Shown: positions 9,753 to 19,200 of the stretch, piece after piece
How positions within the stretch are numbered: position 1 is the first letter of the stretch
Layout of the letters: every line of letters starts with the position of its first letter
Source of the DNA: a virus
Strand: one strand, 5' to 3'
IMG/VR virus record: IMGVR_UViG_3300042445_000711
Location: 1 to 64,000 of that record
DNA: 64,000 bases
Position numbers and translations under genes: made by a program
The notes under the pieces: generated by a model
The model's input: only the letters and a program-made list of their open reading frames with translations
Database searches by the model: none
What the model was told of the DNA's origin: nothing

Positions 9753-10289
9753 ATGAGTTCAAATTGGAAAGAGTTCGAAGTAACTCCATCAAAAAAATTC
9801 GGAAACGAAGTAGAAATATACACACCATCAATTTATAGAGAATACAGAGGTGAGATATTTACAACATTTCATTCAGAGGAACATCCTGTAATGTTAAAAC
9901 TTACACCATATGTTTCGGTACATGGTAGATTTTCAAAATCATACAAAGGTGTATTAAGAGGATTACATTATGATACTAAAACTTGGAAATTAGTCCAAGC
10001 AGCAGTTGGTGATATATACCTCATTGTTTTGGACGTAAGAGAAGATTCTCCTACCTATGGGGATTGGGAATCATTCATCATATCTGAACGTAACAGACAA
10101 CAGGTATTAGTTCCTCCTGGGTTTGCAAATGGTCACTATGCACTTACTGATTGTATGTTTCATTATAATTTATTTTACGATGGTCAATATGTAGATGCAA
10201 ATGAGCAAGGTGTTGTTAAATGGAATGACCCGGAGTTTCAAATGGAATGGCCAACAGATAAACCAATATTACAAAAAAGAGACAGATGA
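9753..10289 (+). CDS. rmlC: dTDP-4-dehydrorhamnose 3,5-epimerase family cupin (RmlC-like)
   Basis: GVLRGLHY, KLVQ, LDVREDSPTYG, VPPGFANGH, WNDP. Confidence 0.9.
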   Translation: MSSNWKEFEVTPSKKFGNEVEIYTPSIYREYRGEIFTTFHSEEHPVMLKLTPYVSVHGRFSKSYKGVLRGLHYDTKTWKLVQAAVGDIYLIVLDVREDSPTYGDWESFIISERNRQQVLVPPGFANGHYALTDCMFHYNLFYDGQYVDANEQGVVKWNDPEFQMEWPTDKPILQKRDR

Positions 10290-10915
10290 TAAAAAACATA
10301 GAAAATTTCCCAATTGTTAAGGAATCATTGTGGGATAAAGATGGATTGATTGATTTTGAAAGAAGAATAGCAGATGCATGGGAAGGTGGTAACATACGAG
10401 GTCCTATACATTTGAGTGGTGGAAATGAAGAACAAATAATTGAAATTGGAAAAAGAATCAAATCAACCGATTGGGTATTTAGTACCTGGCGTTCTCATTA
10501 TCACGCATTAGTAAAAGGAGTTGATTCAAAGTGGTTAGAAGATGAAATTCTTGCAGGTAGAAGTATCACTATTGTAAATAAAGAAGAAAAGTTTTATTCA
10601 TCGGCAATAGTTGGTGGAACTATTTCAATTGCAATGGGTGTTGCTATGGCAAATAAAAGAAGTGGTTCTACAGACAAAGTTTGGTGTTTTGTAGGAGATA
10701 TGGCATTTGAAACAGGTGCTTTTATGGAAAATTATAAATATGCAAAAAACTTTGATTTACCAATTACATTTGTAGTAGAAGATAATGGTGTTTCAACTTA
10801 TACGCCAACAGTTGAAACTTGGAATGTTAAAAGTGAAATTCCAAATGATGTTATTTGGTATGAGTATGAAAAAGTTTGGCCACACTATGGTACTGGAAAA
10901 TGGGTAGTATTTTAA
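10286..10915 (+). CDS. TPP-dependent E1 alpha-like subunit (short)
   Basis: GPIHLSGGNEE, STWRSH, SAIVGG, and TPP motif GDMAFETG...EDN. Confidence 0.9.
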   Translation: MIKNIENFPIVKESLWDKDGLIDFERRIADAWEGGNIRGPIHLSGGNEEQIIEIGKRIKSTDWVFSTWRSHYHALVKGVDSKWLEDEILAGRSITIVNKEEKFYSSAIVGGTISIAMGVAMANKRSGSTDKVWCFVGDMAFETGAFMENYKYAKNFDLPITFVVEDNGVSTYTPTVETWNVKSEIPNDVIWYEYEKVWPHYGTGKWVVF

Positions 10916-12129
10916 ATTTAGTTTTTGATAAGTGGGATGGGGATTCTCCTATTAATAATCTTGCGCATGTAAATGAAAAATTAGGATACAATGGTATAAT
11001 GATGGATTTGTATTTTTTTGGAATAGATGATAATCTTTATAAAAAACATTATTGTAAATTATCAGATATACATCCAGATGAAAATTATTATTATTTGATT
11101 TCACACTATTGTTCCTATGATAATTTATTTAACGAAAACGAATGGGAATTATCAGATGAAGTTGAATATTATGTTAGACATAAAAATTTAAAAGTAATTT
11201 TTTTAAGTGAACATGAAAGCTATATGGACTTTGATGTTGATGTAAAAAAATTATCAGTTTTAATTGATAAAAAAAAATTAAATCTAAAACAATTTTATCT
11301 TATAAATAATAATTCATTAATTAATGATATACAAGATACTACTTCAATTAATTTGTATAAATCAAATTTTTTATTAGGTCAATTTTCGGATTCGGTATTA
11401 AAAAATGAATATAAATTTTCTTTTATAGAAGATAAACCTTTTTTATTTTTATGCCAAAATAGAAGACCAAAAAGTCATCGAATTGCTTTATTAGCATTAC
11501 TCAAAAATAATGGATTATTAGATTCTGGATTAATAGATTGGTCTTTAACATATGGTTTAATGAATCATCCTTTATTAAATGTATATGAACATCAGGATTT
11601 TATAAATGGTGCAAATGATAAAAAATTATTACACAGTTATTATGAAGTTTGCTCTAAACCAAAATTAAATTTTTATGAAACAAATTTAGATTGGTTTGAT
11701 AATCCAAATAATTATTTACATTTTAGACATATAGAATGTAAATCTTATGAGAATAGCTATATTAATATTGCTACCGAATCTCACTATGAAATAAAAGATA
11801 TTCATATAACTGAAAAATCATTTAAACCATTTTATTTTTATCAATTTCCAATTTTTTTAGCATCTTACAGACATGTTGAAAAATTAAAAAAAGAACATTC
11901 TAATTTAGATTTTTTTGAAGATATTATTAATTACGATTATGATTTAGAAATTGATGATAAAAAAAGATTATATATGGTGTTTGATGAAATTGTAAGATTA
12001 TCAAAATTAGAAAAAGAAATAAAAAGTTATTATATAAATAATAAGGATAGATTTATAAAAAATCATGAATATGTTAGTAAATATGGTTTAAATGAAACTA
12101 CAGAAAGATATTTTTACAATTTAATATGA
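10900..12129 (+). CDS. TEKxxKP-family protein, GT10 (alpha-1,3-fucosyltransferase)-like
   Basis: NRRPKSHR and YINIATES...ITEKSFKPF...PIFL. The ATG at 10900 is preferred over the track start at 10876. Confidence 0.6.
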   Translation: MGSILNLVFDKWDGDSPINNLAHVNEKLGYNGIMMDLYFFGIDDNLYKKHYCKLSDIHPDENYYYLISHYCSYDNLFNENEWELSDEVEYYVRHKNLKVIFLSEHESYMDFDVDVKKLSVLIDKKKLNLKQFYLINNNSLINDIQDTTSINLYKSNFLLGQFSDSVLKNEYKFSFIEDKPFLFLCQNRRPKSHRIALLALLKNNGLLDSGLIDWSLTYGLMNHPLLNVYEHQDFINGANDKKLLHSYYEVCSKPKLNFYETNLDWFDNPNNYLHFRHIECKSYENSYINIATESHYEIKDIHITEKSFKPFYFYQFPIFLASYRHVEKLKKEHSNLDFFEDIINYDYDLEIDDKKRLYMVFDEIVRLSKLEKEIKSYYINNKDRFIKNHEYVSKYGLNETTERYFYNLI

Positions 12130-13313
12130 TGAAATTTTATTATGAAAATATTGATTTTAAAAATGTGCCAAACGGAAATGGTGTATGTAAAATTGCAGAG
12201 TTTGATATTAACTATGGATTTAAATTTCCAATATTTGAATTAAATGAAACAGATTCTATAATTTGGAATTTTTCATTTAATCAAGAAATGCGATACCATA
12301 TATTACAAGACAACATTGATTATTTTAACAATGTATTTAAATTGGTTTCAAGTAAACCAAATGTAAAATTAGTTTTTTCTTCTACTCAAGAAGGAGACCA
12401 TATGAACAAATTTGTTTTAAAATTAATAGAATTAAAAAATTATTATAATTTAAAACCAAATCAAATTGTTTTAATTACAATTAATAACTATTTTAAAAAA
12501 GTTACAAATGAAATATTAGTCATATCAAAACCATATTTGTTGGGGTGGTGGTCAACTCATTATAAAAAACTATCATTACCAAATGTATTTGATGAAGGAA
12601 CTCAAATAGCAAGTGTAACTTCTGGAGTAAATGACTATATAATGAATAAAAAGGATTCATTTTTTTTATTATATAATCGCAATTCTACAAAAACATTTAG
12701 AGTTCAAGTTATGTTATGGTTATTAAAAACAGGATTAATAAATGATACAAAATTTTCACTTTTAATAAAAGAAAATGATATTGATTTAAATTTATTAATT
12801 TCAAAAAAAGAAGAATTAAAAGATTTGTGGAAATATTATTCTAAATTTAATGATTTACCACATACTACTTTAGATTGGAATTATCCAACCGATGAACACG
12901 AACCATTATCATCTAAACCAAATTATTTTAAAACAAATTTTAGTATAGTATTAGAATCAAGTTTTAATTCTGAAAGTTTAAATTTAACAGAAAAAAGTTT
13001 TAAACCTTTTGCAAATTGTCATCCATTTTTAATAATAGGTGATGTGTTTGTAAATACTCAATTAAAAAATTATGGATTTACATTATACAATGATTTAATA
13101 GATTATTCATTTGATAAAATATCTAATAATGAAGAAAGATTAAATCAAGCATTAATTGAATTAAAAAGAATACACTCATTGGGTGAAGAACACATAACAG
13201 ATTGGTATAAAAATAATATAGAAAAAATAGCAGAAAACCAACAAGTATTTTTTACATATGGATACAAAAATATAATTAACGATACAATAAGAGATTTAAA
13301 AGTAATTTTTTAA
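12126..13313 (+). CDS. TEKxxKP-family protein, GT10-like
   Basis: FSIVLESS...LTEKSFKPFANCHPFLIIG, IDYSFD. Confidence 0.6.
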   Translation: MMKFYYENIDFKNVPNGNGVCKIAEFDINYGFKFPIFELNETDSIIWNFSFNQEMRYHILQDNIDYFNNVFKLVSSKPNVKLVFSSTQEGDHMNKFVLKLIELKNYYNLKPNQIVLITINNYFKKVTNEILVISKPYLLGWWSTHYKKLSLPNVFDEGTQIASVTSGVNDYIMNKKDSFFLLYNRNSTKTFRVQVMLWLLKTGLINDTKFSLLIKENDIDLNLLISKKEELKDLWKYYSKFNDLPHTTLDWNYPTDEHEPLSSKPNYFKTNFSIVLESSFNSESLNLTEKSFKPFANCHPFLIIGDVFVNTQLKNYGFTLYNDLIDYSFDKISNNEERLNQALIELKRIHSLGEEHITDWYKNNIEKIAENQQVFFTYGYKNIINDTIRDLKVIF

Positions 13314-13323
13314 AAAATATAAT

Positions 13324-14259
13324 ATGAAAAAAATTTTAATAACAGGATGTAGTGGTTTAGTTGGTATTCATTTAGTAAAAAAATGTTTAGATAAAGGTTA
13401 TAATGTAATTGGTGTTGATATTAATCATTCAAATAATTTACCAATATCTGATAAATTTACATTTTATGAATTAGATTTAACAATAGAGGAAAACATAAAA
13501 AATTTATTTTTTTATGAATCTCCTGATGTTGTTTTTAATTGCTTTGGTATAAAAGGTTCTCCAATTAGAGCAAAAGAAAAACCAGTTGATTTTTTATATC
13601 CATCATTTAAAATTAATACCGAAATAATCAATCAATGTTCTAAAAATAATATATGGTTAATATTTGTCAGCTCCGTTGGTGTATATTCTCCTGCAGAAAA
13701 GTTTGTTGAAGGTGATGTGTGGAAATCTTTACCAAGTGAATCCGATTGGTTTCCATCTTGGTCTAAAAGAATGGGTGAAATATTATTAGAAGCATACAAA
13801 GTTCAATATGGTTATGATAAATGGTCTATTATAAGACCTGCTAATATATTTGGTGAATATGATGATTTTAGCGGTAGTGGTACAGTAATTGCATCAACTA
13901 TAAAAAAAGTATATGAAGCAACAGATTCAATTGAAGCATGGGGTGATGGTTCTCCTATTAGAGATTTTGTATATGCTGGTGATGTTGCCGATGCTATTTT
14001 AAGATTGTATGATGATAAGATTCATACTATAATTAATTTTGGCGCGGGTGAGGAAATTACCATAAAACAAATGATTGAAACTTTAATCAAAATAAGTAAA
14101 AAACCAATATCTATAAATTGGGATAGTAGTAAACCAAATGGAGATTTAAGAAGACAAATGGATATTACTAAACAAGTTCAAATAGGATTACTTCCAGTTC
14201 TTGGTTTTGAAAAAGCATTGGAAATTACATATGATTATTATATAAATAAGTTATTATGA
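13324..14259 (+). CDS. GDP-fucose-synthase-like NDP-sugar epimerase/reductase (canonical Tyr absent)
   Basis: TGCSGLVG, RPANIFGEYD, WGDGSPIRDFVY, KPNG. PSWSK replaces YxxxK. Confidence 0.85.
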   Translation: MKKILITGCSGLVGIHLVKKCLDKGYNVIGVDINHSNNLPISDKFTFYELDLTIEENIKNLFFYESPDVVFNCFGIKGSPIRAKEKPVDFLYPSFKINTEIINQCSKNNIWLIFVSSVGVYSPAEKFVEGDVWKSLPSESDWFPSWSKRMGEILLEAYKVQYGYDKWSIIRPANIFGEYDDFSGSGTVIASTIKKVYEATDSIEAWGDGSPIRDFVYAGDVADAILRLYDDKIHTIINFGAGEEITIKQMIETLIKISKKPISINWDSSKPNGDLRRQMDITKQVQIGLLPVLGFEKALEITYDYYINKLL

Positions 14260-15029
14260 TGTTACACGCATACGGTGATAGTTGGACGGAAGGGCAAGGA
14301 TGTAATAGAATAGTTGAAGATTCCTTATCTAAAGAAGAAAGACCATCCTATCGTAAAGAAAATAGTTGGGTTAAATTTTTAGCAGATAAACTAAACATGC
14401 CGTTTATAAATAATGCAGTTAGTGGTAATGCTAACAATAAAATATTTAATCAAATCGTTTTAGATATTCAATCTGAAAAAATAAAAAGCAATGATTTTGT
14501 TACAATAATGTGGAGTTCTTCTTTAAGAGATTATGTTCCCTTTTTACCAAATGGTGAATGGGTTACGTGGTCTATTAAACATTTAATTGAAGAACCTCAC
14601 AAGTTTATTAATTCTTATAATAGTAGTAATTCATTATACGATTCTTTTTTTACAGAATATAAACAATTTTTTATAGGAGAGATGTTTAATCAGAATTATT
14701 ACAATATTGTAAATCAAAATTACATAATTTTTATCCAAAAACTATTTAAACATTATAATATAAATTATATAATGTGTGACAGTTTTGAAAGTATGCTAAT
14801 CAATTTGAATAAAAAGGATGATATTACCAATTTAATAGATAATTCAAAATATTGGGAATTTAATAAACAAACATTTAGAGATTATTTAAATAAAATTAAA
14901 CGATTGGATATTTGGGAAAACCAAAATGAAGAATTTGAAACGAGAGCATCTCAACATCCAAATTTACAAGGTTATAAATTAATAAGTGAAGAGTTATACG
15001 GTTATATAAAAAACAATAAAATATTATGA
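14256..15029 (+). CDS. SGNH/GDSL-fold protein
   Basis: YGDSWTEG, AVSGNAN, QHPNLQGY. Confidence 0.8.
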   Translation: MMLHAYGDSWTEGQGCNRIVEDSLSKEERPSYRKENSWVKFLADKLNMPFINNAVSGNANNKIFNQIVLDIQSEKIKSNDFVTIMWSSSLRDYVPFLPNGEWVTWSIKHLIEEPHKFINSYNSSNSLYDSFFTEYKQFFIGEMFNQNYYNIVNQNYIIFIQKLFKHYNINYIMCDSFESMLINLNKKDDITNLIDNSKYWEFNKQTFRDYLNKIKRLDIWENQNEEFETRASQHPNLQGYKLISEELYGYIKNNKIL

Positions 15030-16003
15030 TAAATAAAAATTCAAAAATCCTTATCACAGGTGGTTCTGGTTTAGTTGGTCAAAATTTAACAAATAGATTA
15101 ATCAAAGAAGGTTATACAAACATTAGAGTTAATTTACACAAAAGAGGTGTAAGAAACTCTATAAATTCTGTAGAATATACACATTTTGATTTACAAACAT
15201 ACGATGGATGCTTAAATGCAGCAAATGGAGTTGAGGTTGTCTTTCATTGTGCAGCAACTACATCAAACGCAGTTGATACAGTAGATGACCCATTGGCACA
15301 CGTTACACCTAACGTATCGATGAACAATTTTTTAATTGATGCTGCATGGAGAAACTTTGTTAAACATTATATTTTTATTTCTTCAAATACTGTATATCCA
15401 CCAAAAGGAGATGAAGCGGTTATTGAAACTGATTTCTTATTTGATGAACCATATCCTGTATATTTTCCAGTTGGTTGGATGAAGCGTTATGCAGAAGTTC
15501 AATGTGAGTTATATGCAAAACATCTACCTCGTACTATGAAAACAACTGTAATAAGACCTGCTAATTTATACGGTCCTCACGACAAATATGATTTTAATAA
15601 ATGCCACGTTACTCCTGCAACCATTAGAAAAGTTGCAGATGAAATGAATCCTATTCCTGTTTGGGGAGATGGTTCTGAGTTAAGAGATTTACTTTATATT
15701 GAAGATTTTGTTGAAGCATTGCAAGTTGTTTTAGAAAAAGAAATCAAAAATGGTTTTGAAGTTTACAATGTTGGTTCTAATTCTGTGCATTCTGTATTAG
15801 AAGTTTTAGATATTATGAAAGAAGTTGCAAACTATGATGCACCTACTGAATTTATTAGTGGTAAACCATCTATGATTCCAACAAGAAAAATAGATTCTAA
15901 TAAAATTTATAATAATTTAGCATGGAAATCTACAACATCGTTAAAGGATGGGTTAAAACTTGCTTATGATTGGTATTTGGAACATAAAAACGAATTTAAA
16001 TAA
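15026..16003 (+). CDS. GDP-fucose-synthase-like NDP-sugar epimerase/reductase (canonical Tyr absent)
   Basis: TGGSGLVG, RPANLYGPHD, HVTPA, WGDGSELRD. VGWMK replaces YxxxK. Confidence 0.85.
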   Translation: MINKNSKILITGGSGLVGQNLTNRLIKEGYTNIRVNLHKRGVRNSINSVEYTHFDLQTYDGCLNAANGVEVVFHCAATTSNAVDTVDDPLAHVTPNVSMNNFLIDAAWRNFVKHYIFISSNTVYPPKGDEAVIETDFLFDEPYPVYFPVGWMKRYAEVQCELYAKHLPRTMKTTVIRPANLYGPHDKYDFNKCHVTPATIRKVADEMNPIPVWGDGSELRDLLYIEDFVEALQVVLEKEIKNGFEVYNVGSNSVHSVLEVLDIMKEVANYDAPTEFISGKPSMIPTRKIDSNKIYNNLAWKSTTSLKDGLKLAYDWYLEHKNEFK

Positions 16004-16782
16004 TGAACGGTATTATTTTTGCCGGTGATTCATTTACTTGGGGGCAGGGTTTGTATTTTTATTCAAAATTACCAAGATTAGTAGGTCCACCATTCAATGA
16101 ATACATTGGTGATAATGTAACAAAATCACATAGGTTATTTAAAAATTCAAAATCTTTTGCAAGATTAGTTTCAAATTACTTTAACACATTTGAAGTAAAA
16201 AAAGAATCAAATGGTGGAAGTGATGAAGAATCTTTACAATTTATTGATGATTTATTTAAAAATGATTTTACATATAATGATTTTGATTTTGTAATATTAC
16301 AAACAACTCAACCATTTAGAACAAAATTTGATTTTGTTTATGATGGGATAGAATATAATTTAAATTTAAACCCTTGGATAAAAGAATTTTATGAACATCA
16401 AGATATTTTTTTAAAATGGTTAGAAAGTAATAACTACACATATGAGGATTTTGAAAAAATACATATAAAACAAATAGTAAATAAAATAAAAAATAAATTT
16501 ATAGAATTAGAATCAAATGGAATAAAATGCTTATTATTTTGTTGGACAAATGATTATATAAATGATATAAAATCTAATTTGTTTTTAAATGATAGATTTG
16601 TCCAAATAAATTATAATAATGAATTATTTGATTGTTTAGACCATTTAAGTTCAAAGTATAATCAATTTACAATAATAAATGACCCATATTTTGAAGAACC
16701 ACCAAAAGATTTACACACAAGTTTAGAAGCACAAACTTTAATTGCAAATAGTATAATTAAAAAAATAAAAACATTGTTATGA
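16003..16782 (+). CDS. SGNH/GDSL-fold protein
   Basis: AGDSFTWG, NGGSD, KDLHTS. Confidence 0.78.
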   Translation: MNGIIFAGDSFTWGQGLYFYSKLPRLVGPPFNEYIGDNVTKSHRLFKNSKSFARLVSNYFNTFEVKKESNGGSDEESLQFIDDLFKNDFTYNDFDFVILQTTQPFRTKFDFVYDGIEYNLNLNPWIKEFYEHQDIFLKWLESNNYTYEDFEKIHIKQIVNKIKNKFIELESNGIKCLLFCWTNDYINDIKSNLFLNDRFVQINYNNELFDCLDHLSSKYNQFTIINDPYFEEPPKDLHTSLEAQTLIANSIIKKIKTLL

Positions 16783-17327
16783 GCCAACCAGAATATACAC
16801 CATACAAAGATGCACTTACAAATTCAATGAAATTTTTAGGTGAAAAATATAACACCACATTTATAGGGCAACAGGTTCTATGGGCAGGTAATCCTATGAG
16901 TACAACATTAGGAGAAGTTCCTAAAGAAAAAATGATTGAAGTTCCAGTAATGGAAGAATCTCAAATGGGAATGAGTTTAGGATTAGCAATGACAAATGAA
17001 TTTGTTATTACATTTTATCCTCGTTGGGATTTTATTATATGTGCTGCAAATCAACTTATAAATCATGTTGATAAATTACAACTAATGAGTGGTGGAGAAT
17101 GGAAAGCAAATATGATTATTAGATTAGGCAAAGGTAGTGATAAACCATTAGACCCAGGTCATCAACATAAAGGAAACTATTTTGAGCAATTCAAATCTAT
17201 GTGTAATAATATAAATTTTGTTGATTTAACTAAATGGGAAGATATTGAACTTGCTTATAAAAATGCTTACACAAATGGGGGTATCCATTGTTTAGTTGAA
17301 TACCCCGAATTGTATTATATTAATTAA
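16779..17327 (+). CDS. TPP-dependent E1 beta/transketolase pyrimidine-binding domain only
   Basis: FIGQ, EVPVMEESQMGMSLGLA, AANQLINH, GHQH. No C-terminal domain. Confidence 0.88.
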   Translation: MSQPEYTPYKDALTNSMKFLGEKYNTTFIGQQVLWAGNPMSTTLGEVPKEKMIEVPVMEESQMGMSLGLAMTNEFVITFYPRWDFIICAANQLINHVDKLQLMSGGEWKANMIIRLGKGSDKPLDPGHQHKGNYFEQFKSMCNNINFVDLTKWEDIELAYKNAYTNGGIHCLVEYPELYYIN

Positions 17328-18097
17328 ATTTCCCAATGTTTTTCACGTAGTTCGTAAATATTAATTGGTTCTCTTTTCATATGATTACCTTGATTAAAGT
17401 ATGCTCCTTGTTTTAAATAACCCCCTAAAAAGTTTCTTCTAAATCTATTTGAGTTATTTGGTTCTGAACCATGTACACAATGTGAATGTAATAATACAAC
17501 TTGTCCTTTTTTAATTATACCTTCCGATTTACGAAAATTATGACCCTCAGGCATTACACAAGGTTTACCCCGTTCGTTTCTCCAAAATGATGGATTAGTT
17601 TTTGTCCTTTCCTCATCAACTTCAATGGGTAATACAGGCAATCTATGTGAACCCTCATAGTTCCATACTGCACCATTTTGAGAATCATGATTATCTAATG
17701 CTAATGCAGTATTGATTATTTCATTGTGTCCACATCCTGTGTAAAATGCATTTTGGTGCATATCTCTTCCTAATTGTCCAGGTGGTTTAAAATACGCCCA
17801 AGTTTGTAAACCATGTATCTTACCTTCCATTAGAAACTCACATGCTTCTATAATTTTTGGATGAACAAATAGCTTAGCCAACTTATCGGATAATTTATGT
17901 GGATAAGCAAATGGGTCATAATCTCCCCAAAGTTTACCATCATCTGTTGCAGTACCAATTCTTGCTAATCTTAATGTATCCAATTCTGCATTAATTTCAT
18001 CACATTCATCTTCAGTTAATAATTCCAATGTTGTAAATCCTCTGTATCTCCAATCAAATGTAATTTGTTGGATTTCTTCATTTGTAAGATGTTTCAT
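17324..18097 (-). CDS. PhyH-family Fe(II)/2-oxoglutarate dioxygenase
   Basis: YFKPPG..DMHQN, ALD..QNGA, GSH, GQVVLLHSHCVHGSEPNNSNRFRR. Confidence 0.9.
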   Translation of the reverse strand: MKHLTNEEIQQITFDWRYRGFTTLELLTEDECDEINAELDTLRLARIGTATDDGKLWGDYDPFAYPHKLSDKLAKLFVHPKIIEACEFLMEGKIHGLQTWAYFKPPGQLGRDMHQNAFYTGCGHNEIINTALALDNHDSQNGAVWNYEGSHRLPVLPIEVDEERTKTNPSFWRNERGKPCVMPEGHNFRKSEGIIKKGQVVLLHSHCVHGSEPNNSNRFRRNFLGGYLKQGAYFNQGNHMKREPINIYELREKHWEI

Positions 18098-19200
18098 AAT
18101 AACTTTTTTTGTTTAAAATTAAATATTATATTTTTACAATTATCGTTTAAATAAATTAAAAATTCTTTTATATTTTTTTTAGTAAATTCTTTTTCGTTTA
18201 AAAATTTATGCGTTTCTGATTGTATTTCATGTATATTATCACTTGTATAATTCCATAAATTAATATACCTATTGTATTCAAAATATAAAACAGTTTCTAT
18301 TAGATTTTCATTAAATTCATCCAATTTTACGTCATTTATTATGTTTTTTTCAATAAACCATTTTTTTAATAATTCATTATAAAATAAATTATAAGCAGTA
18401 GTACTTGGATGTGGGTCTTTATCAAAAAAATATCTTTCGCCGATTTTTAATCGTTCTCTAGTATATTCCGTAAGCCCACCATAATTATCAGGTGGAGTAA
18501 TATATAATAATTTTCCACTATCATCTTTAATCGATTTTAATTCTTTTTCTCCTGCACAATAATGGCCAATTTCATCATTAATTTCTTTGTATGGGTAAAA
18601 ATTTACAATTTTCTGTAATCTTTCTATTTCATTTTTAAATCCATATTTAGTTATATCGTATGTAAATATATTTGCCCAACCAAAAAACATATAATTTTCA
18701 ACATCATTTTCCTTACAAAAATTTGATATATTTTCTATATTTTGGAAGTGTTTTACAAATATATCTCTATAACCTAAATTTGTAATTGTAATGGTATCAT
18801 CCATATAATCGTATGGATAATCTTTTATATCAATATCTACACCGTATTGAACACTATTATTTGGGCTTCTTCTTAAAAATGCACTTAGTTGTATAACTGC
18901 ATATATTTTTTCATTTGGATAATCCCTTTTTAATTCATTTATTTTTTGTTTTAATTTATCGTGTATAACATGATTTCCATATGAACCCCTTGCTATTGGG
19001 TGTATTTTTACATTTGATATATTTTGATTAATTAAATCCAATGCCAAAAATTTATGCATTTTTATAGCATTTGGTAATCCCAAATGTTGCACATAATGTG
19101 GATTTTCTTTATTTAAAGAATTTATATCAAATTTACCGTCTCTGCTTCCATCATCGGAAAAAGAACATCCTGCAAAAACAATATGTATTTTATTATCCAT
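18094..19200 (-). CDS. SGNH-fold protein (GCS variant)
   Basis: AGCSFS, GSYGN, DPHPS. Confidence 0.72.
   Translation of the reverse strand: MDNKIHIVFAGCSFSDDGSRDGKFDINSLNKENPHYVQHLGLPNAIKMHKFLALDLINQNISNVKIHPIARGSYGNHVIHDKLKQKINELKRDYPNEKIYAVIQLSAFLRRSPNNSVQYGVDIDIKDYPYDYMDDTITITNLGYRDIFVKHFQNIENISNFCKENDVENYMFFGWANIFTYDITKYGFKNEIERLQKIVNFYPYKEINDEIGHYCAGEKELKSIKDDSGKLLYITPPDNYGGLTEYTRERLKIGERYFFDKDPHPSTTAYNLFYNELLKKWFIEKNIINDVKLDEFNENLIETVLYFEYNRYINLWNYTSDNIHEIQSETHKFLNEKEFTKKNIKEFLIYLNDNCKNIIFNFKQKKLL

Noticed and set aside
10286-17327. Pyruvate dehydrogenase as a central-metabolism auxiliary gene
   Set aside because: The subunits are truncated, E2/E3 are absent, and the context is NDP-sugar synthesis.
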